From the IMG/VR virus record IMGVR_UViG_3300036045_000007: 64,000 bases of DNA, one strand, 5' to 3'. The notes under the pieces are model-generated. The model saw nothing but the letters and a program-made list of their open reading frames with translations, was not told the DNA's origin and made no database searches. Within the stretch, counting starts at the first letter, position 1; the number at the start of each line of letters is the position of its first letter. Below are positions 9,689 to 20,200 of this stretch, piece after piece. Source of the DNA: a virus. The translations under genes were made by a program, and so were the position numbers.

Positions 9689-10110
9689 GTTACCGTGGGC
9701 GTTACAAGCTCGGCGATCATGTCCCCTTGTTGTTGCTGACAAGGAGTGCCAGCGGTACGCCCACGCTTCCGCTCGACGTTCCATACGCCAAGGTGTGGGA
9801 CAACACCGGCACGCTTGTCCATAACTTCTTCATGCCCATCGCTGATCGGTTCGCGGTGACTGGACTTTTCACCCACAACATGCGGCTCGGCGGTCGATTC
9901 CCGACCCTGGGTATGTATCGCGTGGTTTACTTCTACAATCTAAGTGGAAGCTATCACGGCACCGACGAGGACACGTTCGAGCTGATCGCCGGCGGAGACA
10001 ATGACGGCACCGTGATTTCGGATTATTTTTACAACAGGCCATTCGCCAGCTTCGTCGTGCAGCAGCTCGACTCGGGCAAGCTGGTCAGCGGTCGTAATCC
10101 AAGGATTTAG
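9685..10110 (+). CDS. hypothetical tail-block protein
   Basis: GTG at 9685 overlaps the upstream TGA (GTGA). The track ORF 9589-10110 extends upstream into the previous gene. Product MSYRGRYKLGDHVPLL... Confidence 0.45.
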   Translation: MSYRGRYKLGDHVPLLLLTRSASGTPTLPLDVPYAKVWDNTGTLVHNFFMPIADRFAVTGLFTHNMRLGGRFPTLGMYRVVYFYNLSGSYHGTDEDTFELIAGGDNDGTVISDYFYNRPFASFVVQQLDSGKLVSGRNPRI

Positions 10111-10112
10111 CC

Positions 10113-10664
10113 ATGAAGCGAATGGACTCCGGGCTATTGGTTTCCGATTTCTCGGACGTGCTCAGCCTCTTGCAACAACGCGGACGTTTCAAGTGGGAGT
10201 GCTTCAACCCTGACGGCTCATTGGCCTGGAAGGACGAGCACAAGAACGGTGCCACGACGAGCGGTCTGAACGACTTCCTCAACACGTACTTCGACAACTC
10301 GACCGCGAAGAAGAACACGTGGTACTTGGGATTGATCGACAACAGCGGCTTCACCAGCCTGAGTTCATCGGACACGATGAGCAGTCATACCGGCTGGACC
10401 GAGCTGACATCGTACTCGGAAGGCACGCGACCGCAGTGGACACCAGCAGCGGCGGCGGGCGGTTCGATAACGAATTCCTCGACGGTGAACTTCACGATCA
10501 ATGCGACCGTCGCCGTCAAGGGCGCATTCATCGTGTCGAACAACACGAAGGGCGGCACAACCGGCCAGCTCTTCGCAACTGGTCTGCTGTCCTCGTTGCA
10601 AAACCTGACGAATGGTCAGGTGCTCAAGCTGACGTACACCTGCCCACTGACGCCGACAAGCTGA
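10113..10664 (+). CDS. hypothetical tail-block protein
   Basis: 183-aa ORF 2 nt after the upstream stop. Ser/Thr/Asn-rich beta-type composition. Confidence 0.5.
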   Translation: MKRMDSGLLVSDFSDVLSLLQQRGRFKWECFNPDGSLAWKDEHKNGATTSGLNDFLNTYFDNSTAKKNTWYLGLIDNSGFTSLSSSDTMSSHTGWTELTSYSEGTRPQWTPAAAAGGSITNSSTVNFTINATVAVKGAFIVSNNTKGGTTGQLFATGLLSSLQNLTNGQVLKLTYTCPLTPTS

Positions 10665-10683
10665 TCCAAATTCGGGAGCCGAC

Positions 10684-10881
10684 ATGGACGAGAGTTTTTC
10701 GTCGGCCATCGAAGTGGGCAGCACCATCGCAGAGCAGGGTCAGCAGGTGCTATCCGCTATCCAGGTCGGCTCGACGTTCAACGTGCAAGACCCATTCGAG
10801 CAGATCAGCTCGCCGATCAAGGTCGGGGCCAAGTTCGACGGCACAAGTGGCGTTCTTGCTGGTGGCAGGTATCGCTATTAA
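10684..10881 (+). CDS. small protein made only of the SxIxVGSTF repeat plus RYRY tail
   Basis: 65 aa: FSSAIEVGSTI..LSAIQVGSTF..ISSPIKVGAKFDGTSGVLAGGRYRY. Same repeat and same C-terminal motif as the end of 2009-3190. Confidence 0.5.
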   Translation: MDESFSSAIEVGSTIAEQGQQVLSAIQVGSTFNVQDPFEQISSPIKVGAKFDGTSGVLAGGRYRY

Positions 10882-10944
10882 AAAAGATGGGAGCCTTCAG
10901 CACTCGCGACCGAAGGCCCCCGCGTGCGGAGGTCGGAGGGTATT

Positions 10945-12966
10945 ATGCCAAACTCCTTCGCGGAAAGCCAGAGTGGTCTGCTGCTGATCGTCAGCGGCTT
11001 TGATCCCGTGCTGCGCTGGGACGGTCTCAAGCCGAGCGCCGAAGTCGCCGGGATGTCGGCTCCGACCGTCGCTCCGACCATTGCTGCCAGCGGGACCGGC
11101 ACCATCAACGGTTCCTACACAGCCTACCTGCGATTCGTCGATGATCTTGGCAACGTCTCGAACCTGTCGCCGATCTCGAACACACTGACGGCCACGCTCG
11201 CCAGCACGATCACGTACACCAACGTCCAAATCCCCACCGATCCGAAGGTGAAGCGACGGCAGCTCCTTCGTTCGACCGCTGGCCAGGCGGCGACCTACTA
11301 CGTGGACGTTGATTCGACGGACATCACGGCGACGACGTTCCAGAGCACCAAGACCGACTCGCAGCTCAACGTCGGCGAGGCAGTTCCCATCCTCGACCCA
11401 TCGGATAACTCGATCTTCGCAAACCGGCACAATCCGCCGCCCAACTACAAGATTGCCATTGTCAATCACCTGGGCCGCATGTTTATGGCTGGGGAGCTGG
11501 ACTATACCCAAGGCTCGTGCAAGGTGACGTTCGGCTCGGCGACGGTCCAGGGCGTTGGCACGGAATGGCTCAATGCGCTGGTTGGCCGGTTGATCTATGT
11601 TGTCGGAGCAAGGCAGTCGTATCAGATCGCAACCATTGACGAGACGAATCAGACCCTGACGCTGACAGAGGTCTACCAGGATGCAACGGATTACTTGGCG
11701 CCCTACGCCATTCGCCCGGCGCCAGCAGAGCGCAAGCTCGTTTACTATTCCGAGGCGGGTCTGCCTGAGAGCTGGCCACCGACCAACGCGCTGTCCGTGC
11801 AGGACGACGGCGACGAGATCACCGGGCTCATGGTGAAGGGTAGCTTCGTCTACATCGTCGAGCGGCGCCACGTGTACCGCTTCACGTTTCAGGAAGACCC
11901 GGCGCTCGACGGCTTCCTCTTTCTCTCGTCGAAGCGGGGCTGTTTGAATCCTCGCTCCTTCGTCGTCGTCGAGGACATCGCCTACATGCTCGATGAGCAG
12001 GGCATCCATGCGTTCAGCGGCGCCGACGACAAACCGATCAGTACCACGATCCAAGACGTGTTCCGCCCGAGCGACTCACCGTACCGGATCAACTGGAAGG
12101 AGAAACGCTTCTTCCACTGTTGTCACTTCCCGCAGCAAGAGACGATTCGCTGGTACGTGTCGATGGCCGGTGATTACCTCCCGCAGCACGCCATCGCGTA
12201 CAACTATCGGCTCGAACGCTGGTGGATCGAAGAGTATTCGAGGCCGATTGGCAGCTCATGCACCGGGTTGTACCTCGGCCAGCAGCAAGTCTTCCTGGGA
12301 AGCGACGGGCGATCCGTCATGGCACTGTGGCAAGGCTTGCTCGACGGTCCCCAAGAGGAAGGTGCGACCGTTCGCGGCACGGTCACATCGTGCGGTCTGA
12401 CTTCGATCACCGATGCGACGGCGACCTTTCCATCAACCGGCGTCGTCAACAATCCGGTCGTGATCGCGGAGGGGCGTGGCGCCGGTCAGCGCCGCAACGT
12501 GTCGAGTGTCAGCGGGCAAACGATCTACGTCGATGAACCGTGGCTGATCCTGCCGGACACAACGAGCGTCTACCAGCTCGGCGGTATCCAATGGCACTAT
12601 ACCTCAGCGTGGTTCCGCTTCGTTCTGAGCGAGCAGTACATCGAACGCCGCGTGGCTACGCTGGTGGAGCCGACGCTGAACGACGCACGCATGACGTTGC
12701 AAGTCTTCGTTGACTTCGCGAACACGCCGATCAGTTGGCAGGCGAGCATGACAAGCGAAGAAGGCGGCGGCGTACAGAGCACTGCGGGCGGCACGGACTT
12801 GCTGATCGACATGAAGAAGACGAGCGGTTACGCACAAAAGCGAATGGCTGGCAACCGCGAGTTCTTCACTGACGGGCCCCGCTACACACAGCTCAAGCTC
12901 TCTGGTGTCACGAGCAGGGATGCACAGCGGGTGTATTTCGTGGCGTTCGATGCGGTGACTCAGTAA
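10945..12966 (+). CDS. large tail/nozzle-type structural protein
   Basis: 673 aa from the ATG at 10945 (GGAGGG 5 nt upstream; track start 10924 is an upstream alternative codon). Beta-rich. Function from position only. Confidence 0.55.
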   Translation: MPNSFAESQSGLLLIVSGFDPVLRWDGLKPSAEVAGMSAPTVAPTIAASGTGTINGSYTAYLRFVDDLGNVSNLSPISNTLTATLASTITYTNVQIPTDPKVKRRQLLRSTAGQAATYYVDVDSTDITATTFQSTKTDSQLNVGEAVPILDPSDNSIFANRHNPPPNYKIAIVNHLGRMFMAGELDYTQGSCKVTFGSATVQGVGTEWLNALVGRLIYVVGARQSYQIATIDETNQTLTLTEVYQDATDYLAPYAIRPAPAERKLVYYSEAGLPESWPPTNALSVQDDGDEITGLMVKGSFVYIVERRHVYRFTFQEDPALDGFLFLSSKRGCLNPRSFVVVEDIAYMLDEQGIHAFSGADDKPISTTIQDVFRPSDSPYRINWKEKRFFHCCHFPQQETIRWYVSMAGDYLPQHAIAYNYRLERWWIEEYSRPIGSSCTGLYLGQQQVFLGSDGRSVMALWQGLLDGPQEEGATVRGTVTSCGLTSITDATATFPSTGVVNNPVVIAEGRGAGQRRNVSSVSGQTIYVDEPWLILPDTTSVYQLGGIQWHYTSAWFRFVLSEQYIERRVATLVEPTLNDARMTLQVFVDFANTPISWQASMTSEEGGGVQSTAGGTDLLIDMKKTSGYAQKRMAGNREFFTDGPRYTQLKLSGVTSRDAQRVYFVAFDAVTQ

Positions 12967-13443
12967 GTGGGTATCTTCGGCAACCAATCACTGCGGCTGC
13001 TCCGCGAGACGTGGAAGACCACGAACTTGCTCGCCGAGGAACTCTACGCGATCCTCAATTCAGACGGGCCATTCACCATCGACGGGCAGGTCATCATCAA
13101 CTTGCCGCCCGGACATCCGGGGCCCGGCATCATCATCAACATGGGCGACAGTCCGGGCACGTCGGTCGTCATTCACCGACCAGACGGGGACACCGATCTG
13201 GAAGATGATGATGATGGAGGAGGTGGCGGGGGTGGAGGTGGTGGAGGCAGCGCGACCGGCGTGGCCATTGGGACGGTGCAAAGTGGCAGCGGCTCCACGT
13301 ACATCTTCGAGCTTCAAGGTGGCGGCACGGCCACGGCGACGGTGGTTGGGATCGATCAAAGCGAGGAGCTGCCGGAGGGGACGCCAGGCATCATCGTCAC
13401 CGTTGGTAGCAATAACTTCGCCTACGTCGCACTTTGGAATTGA
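12967..13443 (+). CDS. hypothetical protein with D4-G11 tract
   Basis: GTG start directly after the upstream TAA. Contains DLEDDDDGGGGGGGGGGGSATG. Confidence 0.45.
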   Translation: MGIFGNQSLRLLRETWKTTNLLAEELYAILNSDGPFTIDGQVIINLPPGHPGPGIIINMGDSPGTSVVIHRPDGDTDLEDDDDGGGGGGGGGGGSATGVAIGTVQSGSGSTYIFELQGGGTATATVVGIDQSEELPEGTPGIIVTVGSNNFAYVALWN

Positions 13444-14463
13444 ATGGCTGGCATCCCACCAAGACGCGGGCGGGCGATGAGCCTGCCAGGTTTCCAGTGC
13501 GACTCAGGCCCGCAGTACGTCCACACGGTTCCGCCGCCAACCAACTCGGGAACCGTGGTGTATGGCCAGATGATACCCACCGATCCTTGGATGGGGCTGG
13601 GTCTGAAGGTTGCTGATCGGTTGCGCTATCCCATCCTTTGGACCCAAGGATCGATTAACAGCTTCTACAATTATGACCTCGAAACAGGGCTCGGCAACTT
13701 TCCCGGCTTCTACTATCGGCCATCGGCGAAGACGTTCTGCACGCAGGGGTTCTCGATCAGGACTCCCCGCATCGTCATGTTCGATGCTTTCCCCTCGGGC
13801 GGTATCAACAAAAACTCCGATCAGCTTTACCAGGAATTCATCGATGGGAACGCGGAGTTTTGGGATGAGCATGGCATCGATTGCTACGTCTACTACCCAC
13901 CAGACTTCGGCCTGATTGGACCGTTCGGGCACTTTCACGGCTTCGGCAACTCCTACGTGAAATTTGAAAAGACATTCCAGCTTGGCAACTTCACTATTCC
14001 AGTGCAGCGGCTGCGCGTCGTGATCGAACCGGAGCTGTCCATCGGCGCCGAGCTATGCCATATCGTCATGCGCACCTTCGACACCAGTTATGGGCAAATT
14101 CTCGCCCAGGAAAACTTCGGCTATCCGTTCGCGCCGTGGCCGGAATTGCAGGCTTGGGATGTCGCAGTCAACCAGGCGACCTACGAACGCTTCGGGCGAT
14201 TCAGCGGCAAGGTGATTCACTACGCCTTTGAGCAAGACCTTCAGCCGGGTCAGCAGGGCTTTTACGACAAGCAGTATGAGAAGTGGAGCGAAATCTACAC
14301 GAGCATGACCTCTCAGCTTGCCGCTTACGGGTGGACGCTGCTTCAGCCGGGGGCGATCAAGGCCAGCCAGATCGCTGGCTTTAACGAAGGGCCGGACCCA
14401 GTAATGGCTGCGACCATTAGCGGCCTGTTGCCCTATATCAAGACCAGCTTCGGGATCGCGTAA
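13444..14463 (+). CDS. hypothetical structural protein
   Basis: 339-aa ORF abutting the upstream stop, aromatic-rich globular composition. Confidence 0.55.
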   Translation: MAGIPPRRGRAMSLPGFQCDSGPQYVHTVPPPTNSGTVVYGQMIPTDPWMGLGLKVADRLRYPILWTQGSINSFYNYDLETGLGNFPGFYYRPSAKTFCTQGFSIRTPRIVMFDAFPSGGINKNSDQLYQEFIDGNAEFWDEHGIDCYVYYPPDFGLIGPFGHFHGFGNSYVKFEKTFQLGNFTIPVQRLRVVIEPELSIGAELCHIVMRTFDTSYGQILAQENFGYPFAPWPELQAWDVAVNQATYERFGRFSGKVIHYAFEQDLQPGQQGFYDKQYEKWSEIYTSMTSQLAAYGWTLLQPGAIKASQIAGFNEGPDPVMAATISGLLPYIKTSFGIA

Positions 14464-14519
14464 CGCGGCTGCGCTCGATATAATGCCACGGTCCCAATTC
14501 CGCCGAATGGCAGGAGGCC

Positions 14520-15131
14520 GTGATGAATGTATTTCCGTGGCAGGCATCTCAGCTTGCGATGCAGAACCAGGGCGGCAGTTATGACATGCTCGCCAAGCAA
14601 AACCAGTGGAAGAATCAGGCACTGGATAAGCAGATCGCAGCGCAACAAGCGCCGCTGAACTGGGAGAAGGAAAAGTTCAACACGATCTGGCCTTGGCTTC
14701 AGGGGCAATGGGGCAAAGGCACAGGCGGTATGGGGCAGGGCCCGGCGGCGCCGCAGCTTCCCAGCTCGACCGTCTATTCTCCGCAGATGCAGCAGGAGAT
14801 GATTAACAGCGCGATCGGCCAGAGCCAGGGCCAGTCGGCAACGAACATCGCCAACATGCAGCAGCAGCTCGCGGGCAAAGGCTTCGCGGCCAACTCGCCG
14901 TTGGCACAGGCATTGGCCGGTCAGCAGCAGGCGGCGGCGATGGCCCAGGGCGCACAGATTCAGAGCCAGATTCCACAGCAGGTCGCTCAAGCGAACGCGC
15001 AGCAGGGCTTGGCGGTCGGCGGGCTGGCCAACCAACTCTACGGCCAGCAAATCTCTCAATATCTTGGGCAGTTGCAGAATCAGACTTCGCAGCAGAACGC
15101 CATGCTCGCTGCGCTGGCTGGCATGATCTGA
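14520..15131 (+). CDS. Gln-rich virion-block protein
   Basis: 203 aa, AGGAGG upstream, very Gln/Ala/Gly-rich (QQQLAGKGF, QQQAAAMAQGAQIQSQ). Reminiscent of internal or ejection proteins (inference). Confidence 0.5.
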   Translation: MMNVFPWQASQLAMQNQGGSYDMLAKQNQWKNQALDKQIAAQQAPLNWEKEKFNTIWPWLQGQWGKGTGGMGQGPAAPQLPSSTVYSPQMQQEMINSAIGQSQGQSATNIANMQQQLAGKGFAANSPLAQALAGQQQAAAMAQGAQIQSQIPQQVAQANAQQGLAVGGLANQLYGQQISQYLGQLQNQTSQQNAMLAALAGMI

Positions 15132-15150
15132 TCTAAAGGAGTAGACTCGA

Positions 15151-16140
15151 ATGCCACTCGGAAACTACGGCAGTCCGTTCGTTCAGGATATTATGAACGG
15201 GCCCAATCTCACCCGGACGGCGTTCATGCCGCAGACTGGCGTCGGCTATCAGACGATGAGCCAGCAGTCGAACATGCTTCCGTCCAACGTGCAGCGAGAC
15301 CTCGATCTGCAACGAATGGCGTTGCAGTTCGCACAGGCCGGGCCGTCAGGCATGGCTCCCCAGGGCGCAATGCCTGGTGGACGAGAAGACCTGATCGCGC
15401 AGCAAGCGTTCGCCACGCGGCAGAATCCGATGGCCCAGGCGATGATGGCGTACAACCAGCTCCAAGAGCAACAGCGACAATCGGAGCTTGGTCGTGCTGG
15501 CCTGGGCATCCAGCAGCAGGCCGAGAACCGCCTTGGCCGTGAATCGCAATACCGTCAAGACCCTCGGCGGATCATGGAGGGGATCATCGGCTCGATGGTC
15601 CAAGGCCGGGCGGCAAGCGGGCAACCGATCAACGCCGAGTTTCTACAAGGCATCCCGGTCGAGCGAATCCGCTCATTGACGGACGCCCTGAATCCAGCTT
15701 CGGGTCAAGGCCAGTCGCCGTTCGGCAGTGCATTGGCCTCTGGCGGATTAGTCACCCCGAACCTGTCGGCATTGGGGGCGCCTGCGCCGACCGGGGCGAT
15801 CGCGCCGCTCTCCCCGCAAGAGCGGCTGCACTCGATGATCCAAGAGATTCAGACGGGCGGTCGGAATATCGTGGCGCTGGTGAACGCTCAGGCTCGTGAT
15901 CCTGAGACGTTCGCCGGCAACCTCGGACAGATGGTCCGACAGTTGCCGCCGACCGAGCAAAGCAGGCTGGCGAACGAGGCGTACTTCCCGGCGCGGCGAC
16001 TGTTCAGCGCGCACACGCCGGAAGAGAATCTGGCGAGCATGTTCCGTAACCTGCCCCCCGACCAGCTCGAACAAATTCTCGGGGCGCGGCCTGGTCGTGG
16101 CATCTTCCAAAAGGGCTTGGACGTGATGGGCTGGAATTAA
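15151..16140 (+). CDS. Gln/Pro/Ala-rich virion-block protein
   Basis: 329 aa, AAGGAG upstream, low-complexity Gln-rich N-terminal half. Confidence 0.5.
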   Translation: MPLGNYGSPFVQDIMNGPNLTRTAFMPQTGVGYQTMSQQSNMLPSNVQRDLDLQRMALQFAQAGPSGMAPQGAMPGGREDLIAQQAFATRQNPMAQAMMAYNQLQEQQRQSELGRAGLGIQQQAENRLGRESQYRQDPRRIMEGIIGSMVQGRAASGQPINAEFLQGIPVERIRSLTDALNPASGQGQSPFGSALASGGLVTPNLSALGAPAPTGAIAPLSPQERLHSMIQEIQTGGRNIVALVNAQARDPETFAGNLGQMVRQLPPTEQSRLANEAYFPARRLFSAHTPEENLASMFRNLPPDQLEQILGARPGRGIFQKGLDVMGWN

Positions 16141-16142
16141 AG

Positions 16143-16904
16143 ATGGCCGACTTCATGGAAGGAATCGGGTCCGTTCTGAGCGGCGTTGGCGACGTGCTAG
16201 ATACGCCGCGCCGGTTGTTATGGGACGCTTTCGGCGGACCCACAAAGGGTAACGAGCTGATCGCTGCGTTGACCGGTATTGACCCGCAGAGCGGGCTGGC
16301 CCAGGGGTTGGGATTCGGCGCCGAAATGCTCGGCGATCCGCTCAACCTGGTCGGCCTTGGCGTTGGCAGGGCGCTCGGCAAGTTCGGCGGCTTCGCTGGC
16401 AAGGCGGCGACGGCAACGGCGCCGCAAGTCAACATGGCGGAAGAGCTGCTCACGCGCGCTCCGACCGGGCTTACGCACTTCACCACGAATGCGGGCCTCG
16501 AAGGGATCGGTCGATCCGGGGCGCTGCGTGGTGCCGAGGGAATCTTTGCTCTCCCCGACGCGACACGCGCGGAGAGTGGCGCTATTCGGTCGCTGTTCAA
16601 TGCTGGCATCAGTCCGGCAGCGACCCACCCGCTGGCGATACCCGCCGAGGCGTTGCAGCACTTCGAGCGCCCGCTGGTGGCTGGGCCTTACTCGGCATGG
16701 AAGCGGCTTGGCGGCGTGCGTTATGCTCCCCCAGGCGAGATCGATATGATGACCGGCGCCTTGAATGCGACCGGATCGATCTGGCAGCCCAGGCTTCGCA
16801 TGATCGCGCCGGACATCGCCGGATACACCGAAGCAGCCAAATGGCTGTCAAGGTTCAACGCAATGCAAGAGCCAAGTCTGGCGGACATTCTCCAACAGCA
16901 GTAA
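16143..16904 (+). CDS. hypothetical virion-block protein
   Basis: 253-aa ORF 2 nt after the upstream stop, Gly/Ala-rich. Confidence 0.5.
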   Translation: MADFMEGIGSVLSGVGDVLDTPRRLLWDAFGGPTKGNELIAALTGIDPQSGLAQGLGFGAEMLGDPLNLVGLGVGRALGKFGGFAGKAATATAPQVNMAEELLTRAPTGLTHFTTNAGLEGIGRSGALRGAEGIFALPDATRAESGAIRSLFNAGISPAATHPLAIPAEALQHFERPLVAGPYSAWKRLGGVRYAPPGEIDMMTGALNATGSIWQPRLRMIAPDIAGYTEAAKWLSRFNAMQEPSLADILQQQ

Positions 16905-16910
16905 GGAGAC

Positions 16911-19900
16911 GTGATGGCCTGGCCTTACGACGACTTCGGCATGTCGCTCGGCGGCTTGCCGTCGCTCCCCCAATTGCCGCAGCTCGGATCAGGGCCTGCC
17001 GGTTTTATGCCGAAACAGGCAGCGATTCCAGCGTTGCAGGAAGCGGAGCGTCAGTCGCTACTCGAATCCCTGGGCGAGAGCGCGCTCTCCGGCTTGCAGT
17101 GGGTTGGACAGTCACTCGACAAAGCGTTGGGCGGACGGGCCCTGCGTGGCGTGCTCGGCGGGCGACCAGAGGAGCTGCTGTCGCTGATCCCGTTCTCGGA
17201 CACGCTCGGCATCAGTGACCCGTCGCAGGCGGTGAGCGGCGAGGATTTGCTCAAGCAGTGGAGCATCCTCGAAGGCGAGGGCGAGAAGGGCACATTCGAG
17301 CTTCGCGATCTCGCCGGTCCGCTGTTGGAAATCGGCCTTGACCCCGCAACGTACCTGAGCTTCGGCGCCTCGGCTATCGGCAAGGCGGGACAGGCGGCGA
17401 AGAAGGCGGGCACGCTGGCCAAATCGACGACGGGTCGCATTGCTGCTGGCCAAGGCGGTCTTGCTCGATTGGGTATCCCGTTCACGGAGATCGGCACGGA
17501 GATCGGCACCGGCCCGATCGCGCAGAAGATCGCTGGCTTCGGCGAAAGCCTCGGCGACGTACTGGCCTATGGGCGTGTGCCTGGAACCGACTTCTCGCCT
17601 GGTGCATCCCTGTCGGCGTTGTTCGACAAGCGAGTGCAAGGCTCGACCGATCCGCTGCATCAACGGTTCCTGCGCGAGTCGGCTGACACAGAAGCCGCGC
17701 GCATCGCAGAGATGCGTGAGGGGCTGATCGGTTCGATGCGACGAATCTCTGACGCTGGCGAGCTGACGCCGGAAACGTCGTCGCTGTTCCGCTCCGTGAT
17801 GGAAGGTAAGCCACTCGGCGACATCGGACCGGCCACGCAGCAGGAAGTCGATCTCTTTCGCCAGATGTTCCAGCAAGAAGTACCAGCTCGTGAGTCGGCG
17901 CTCGGCATCCCGACATCACCGATAGCGGACTATGCTCCTCGTCAGGCATTGGAGCTTGACAAAGCGACGAAGGGGTTCTTCAAACCGACGCAGCCGCTCG
18001 GCGCGTTCAACGTCCACCAGCTCGGTCGCGATCCTATCTTCGAGGGAATGGCTACGCACGAGATCAACGAGGCGATCAAGGCGGTGAAGGCCCTGGGCCC
18101 CGACGCCAACTCGTTCGCCGCTCGCGACCTGATTGCATCGAAGCTCGGCATGGGCAGTGGCGAATGGGACAATCTGTTCCAGCTCGAACAGTTGCATCGC
18201 GCTGGCGCCATGACTGCCGAACAAGCCGACGAGCTGGCTCGGCTTCGTGGCATCCGCACGCAGTCGGAGGGATTCAGCGATTGGGCACAGCGCCTCGATC
18301 CGCAGTACGGCGAGGCGGACTACTTCGGTCGCAACATCTATGGCGACATCGAAGGTCGCCTGGCTTCTGGCATCCGATCTGAGGAACGCGCAAAGGCGCT
18401 GCACAAGGCAGTCTCGACGGCGGCGAAGCCAAAAGAGGCGGGCATGATCGGCGTCGATGAAGTGTTCAAGCGAGCTGGTCTTACCGATCCGCAGGCACTC
18501 AAGCAATTCTCTGAACTCAAGGGCATCGCTGGATCGGATGTGTTCAAGTACGGGGTTCCGGCAGAGATGGCCGACAGCCTCACAAAATACGTGACGGGGT
18601 TTGTGCGGCCTGATGCGATGGGCCCGGTACTGAACGCCTACGATTCTATCCTCAACTTGACTAAGGCCGGGCTGACCACGTGGCCAGCCAAGTACGCACG
18701 AGACTTGACGAGCAACGTCTACATGGGGTGGTTGCATGACGTTTTTGATCCTCGTGTTACTGGCGGCCAGGCGAATCCTTTGGCCTACGTCAAGCCCTAC
18801 CAAGATGCGAAGGCGATCATCCGAGACGGAGCCCAGGTTATGCCAGGTGCCAACAAGATACCTGGCCTCGAAGGACTCACCGAAGAAGCCGCGACGAAGA
18901 AACTACTCGACGAGATGCACGCCCGCAACATCAGTGGCCGACGCAAAGTAACCGCTGCCGTCGAAGGCACCGGCGCCACGGCAAAGGCGGAAGCCGAGAA
19001 GATGATTGAGTTGCCCGGCACGCCAGCAGCAGGATTCAAGGAAGCATTCATGAGCGGGACGTGGAATCCGCTCGACATCGCTGGCGTCGGCGGTCGTAAG
19101 ACCACGGAGTTCAAGCTCGCGAAGATAGGATCAGAGGCGGTCCACTTAATTGACGACGTTAGCCGGGGGGCCGCTTACATTTCCAAACGTCTCCAAGGAT
19201 TCAGCCCCGACGAGGCAGCGAAGGTCGCTCATCGTGTGGCCTACGATTACTCGAACCTGTCGAAGTTCGAGAAGGGGACGATGCGTCGGATCATTCCCTT
19301 CTACAACTACGCTCGGCAGAATATGCCAGAGATGTTCCGCCAGCTCATCGAACAACCTGGCGGCAAGCTAGGCCAGTCGATCCGTCTGACGACGGACTTT
19401 CAGGAACAACAAGGCGATTTCCTCCCTGATTATTTGCGGGAAAAGCTCGCCATCCCGATTGGTACTGAGGATGCCACAGGCAAGCAGCGGTTCCTGACGA
19501 GTTTTGGATTGCCGTTCGAGGAAGCATTCCAAGTCTTCGGCATGAATCCACTGAGTCCAGGGCGGTCTATCCAAAAAGCGCTTGCCGACACCGCGCCGTT
19601 CATCAAGGGACCGCTTGAGTTGGCGGCAGGCAAGCAGTTCTACAGTGGCCGCGAGCTTGGCGATCTCTACGGTTCAACCGGAAACCCGCTGCTCGATCAG
19701 ATCATCTACAACAGTCCAATCAGTCGGGCGGTTACAACCGGGCGGACGTTGCTCGACGAGCGCAAGGGCGTCGGCGCCAAGGCTCTGAGCACGCTTACCG
19801 GGGCAAAGCTGACCGATGTGGACATGGAGAAGGGGCGCGAGATCGCACTTCGGGATGCGCTCGAAGAGCGGTTGCGTGGAACTCATGGCGTGTCTCAATA

Positions 19901-20018
19901 CACCAATCTCTACGTTCGCCCCGAAAACCTGTTTGGCATGACGCCCGAAGAGCTGCAACTCATCCAGCTCTATCGCGAAGTGGCGAAGAAGAAGCGCAAG
20001 GTCGGTGTGGCCAAATGA
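16911..20018 (+). CDS. large (1035 aa) virion/ejection-type protein
   Basis: Longest ORF in the window, AAGGAG upstream, follows the Gln-rich proteins. Size and position fit an internal virion or DNA-ejection protein. No motif proof. Confidence 0.55.
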   Translation: MMAWPYDDFGMSLGGLPSLPQLPQLGSGPAGFMPKQAAIPALQEAERQSLLESLGESALSGLQWVGQSLDKALGGRALRGVLGGRPEELLSLIPFSDTLGISDPSQAVSGEDLLKQWSILEGEGEKGTFELRDLAGPLLEIGLDPATYLSFGASAIGKAGQAAKKAGTLAKSTTGRIAAGQGGLARLGIPFTEIGTEIGTGPIAQKIAGFGESLGDVLAYGRVPGTDFSPGASLSALFDKRVQGSTDPLHQRFLRESADTEAARIAEMREGLIGSMRRISDAGELTPETSSLFRSVMEGKPLGDIGPATQQEVDLFRQMFQQEVPARESALGIPTSPIADYAPRQALELDKATKGFFKPTQPLGAFNVHQLGRDPIFEGMATHEINEAIKAVKALGPDANSFAARDLIASKLGMGSGEWDNLFQLEQLHRAGAMTAEQADELARLRGIRTQSEGFSDWAQRLDPQYGEADYFGRNIYGDIEGRLASGIRSEERAKALHKAVSTAAKPKEAGMIGVDEVFKRAGLTDPQALKQFSELKGIAGSDVFKYGVPAEMADSLTKYVTGFVRPDAMGPVLNAYDSILNLTKAGLTTWPAKYARDLTSNVYMGWLHDVFDPRVTGGQANPLAYVKPYQDAKAIIRDGAQVMPGANKIPGLEGLTEEAATKKLLDEMHARNISGRRKVTAAVEGTGATAKAEAEKMIELPGTPAAGFKEAFMSGTWNPLDIAGVGGRKTTEFKLAKIGSEAVHLIDDVSRGAAYISKRLQGFSPDEAAKVAHRVAYDYSNLSKFEKGTMRRIIPFYNYARQNMPEMFRQLIEQPGGKLGQSIRLTTDFQEQQGDFLPDYLREKLAIPIGTEDATGKQRFLTSFGLPFEEAFQVFGMNPLSPGRSIQKALADTAPFIKGPLELAAGKQFYSGRELGDLYGSTGNPLLDQIIYNSPISRAVTTGRTLLDERKGVGAKALSTLTGAKLTDVDMEKGREIALRDALEERLRGTHGVSQYTNLYVRPENLFGMTPEELQLIQLYREVAKKKRKVGVAK

Positions 20019-20200
20019 CGCAAATCGGACCGTATCAACCAAGGCAATGTCCTCCGGGCTGCTTGGCTTGCATTGTCGGCCTGATCGGTGCGCTACTTAG
20101 CTGTGCGTCGATGCCGGTGTTTGTGATCCTTCAATTCCTCGAACATCGCCGCAAAAGGAAGGCTGAGAAATGGCAACCTACGAAGTCGGCAAACGAATGA
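20015..20200 (+). CDS. small membrane protein
   Basis: 61 aa with one hydrophobic helix (CLACIVGLIGALLSCASMPVFVILQFL) and a basic tail. ATGA overlap upstream. Overlaps the next gene by 31 nt. Confidence 0.4.
   Translation: MTQIGPYQPRQCPPGCLACIVGLIGALLSCASMPVFVILQFLEHRRKRKAEKWQPTKSANE

Noticed and set aside
14479-14484. Perfect TATAAT in the intergenic gap before 14520
   Set aside because: There is no acceptable -35 at 16-18 nt, and it lies in the middle of a tightly packed operon. It is possibly an internal promoter, but this is unsupported.
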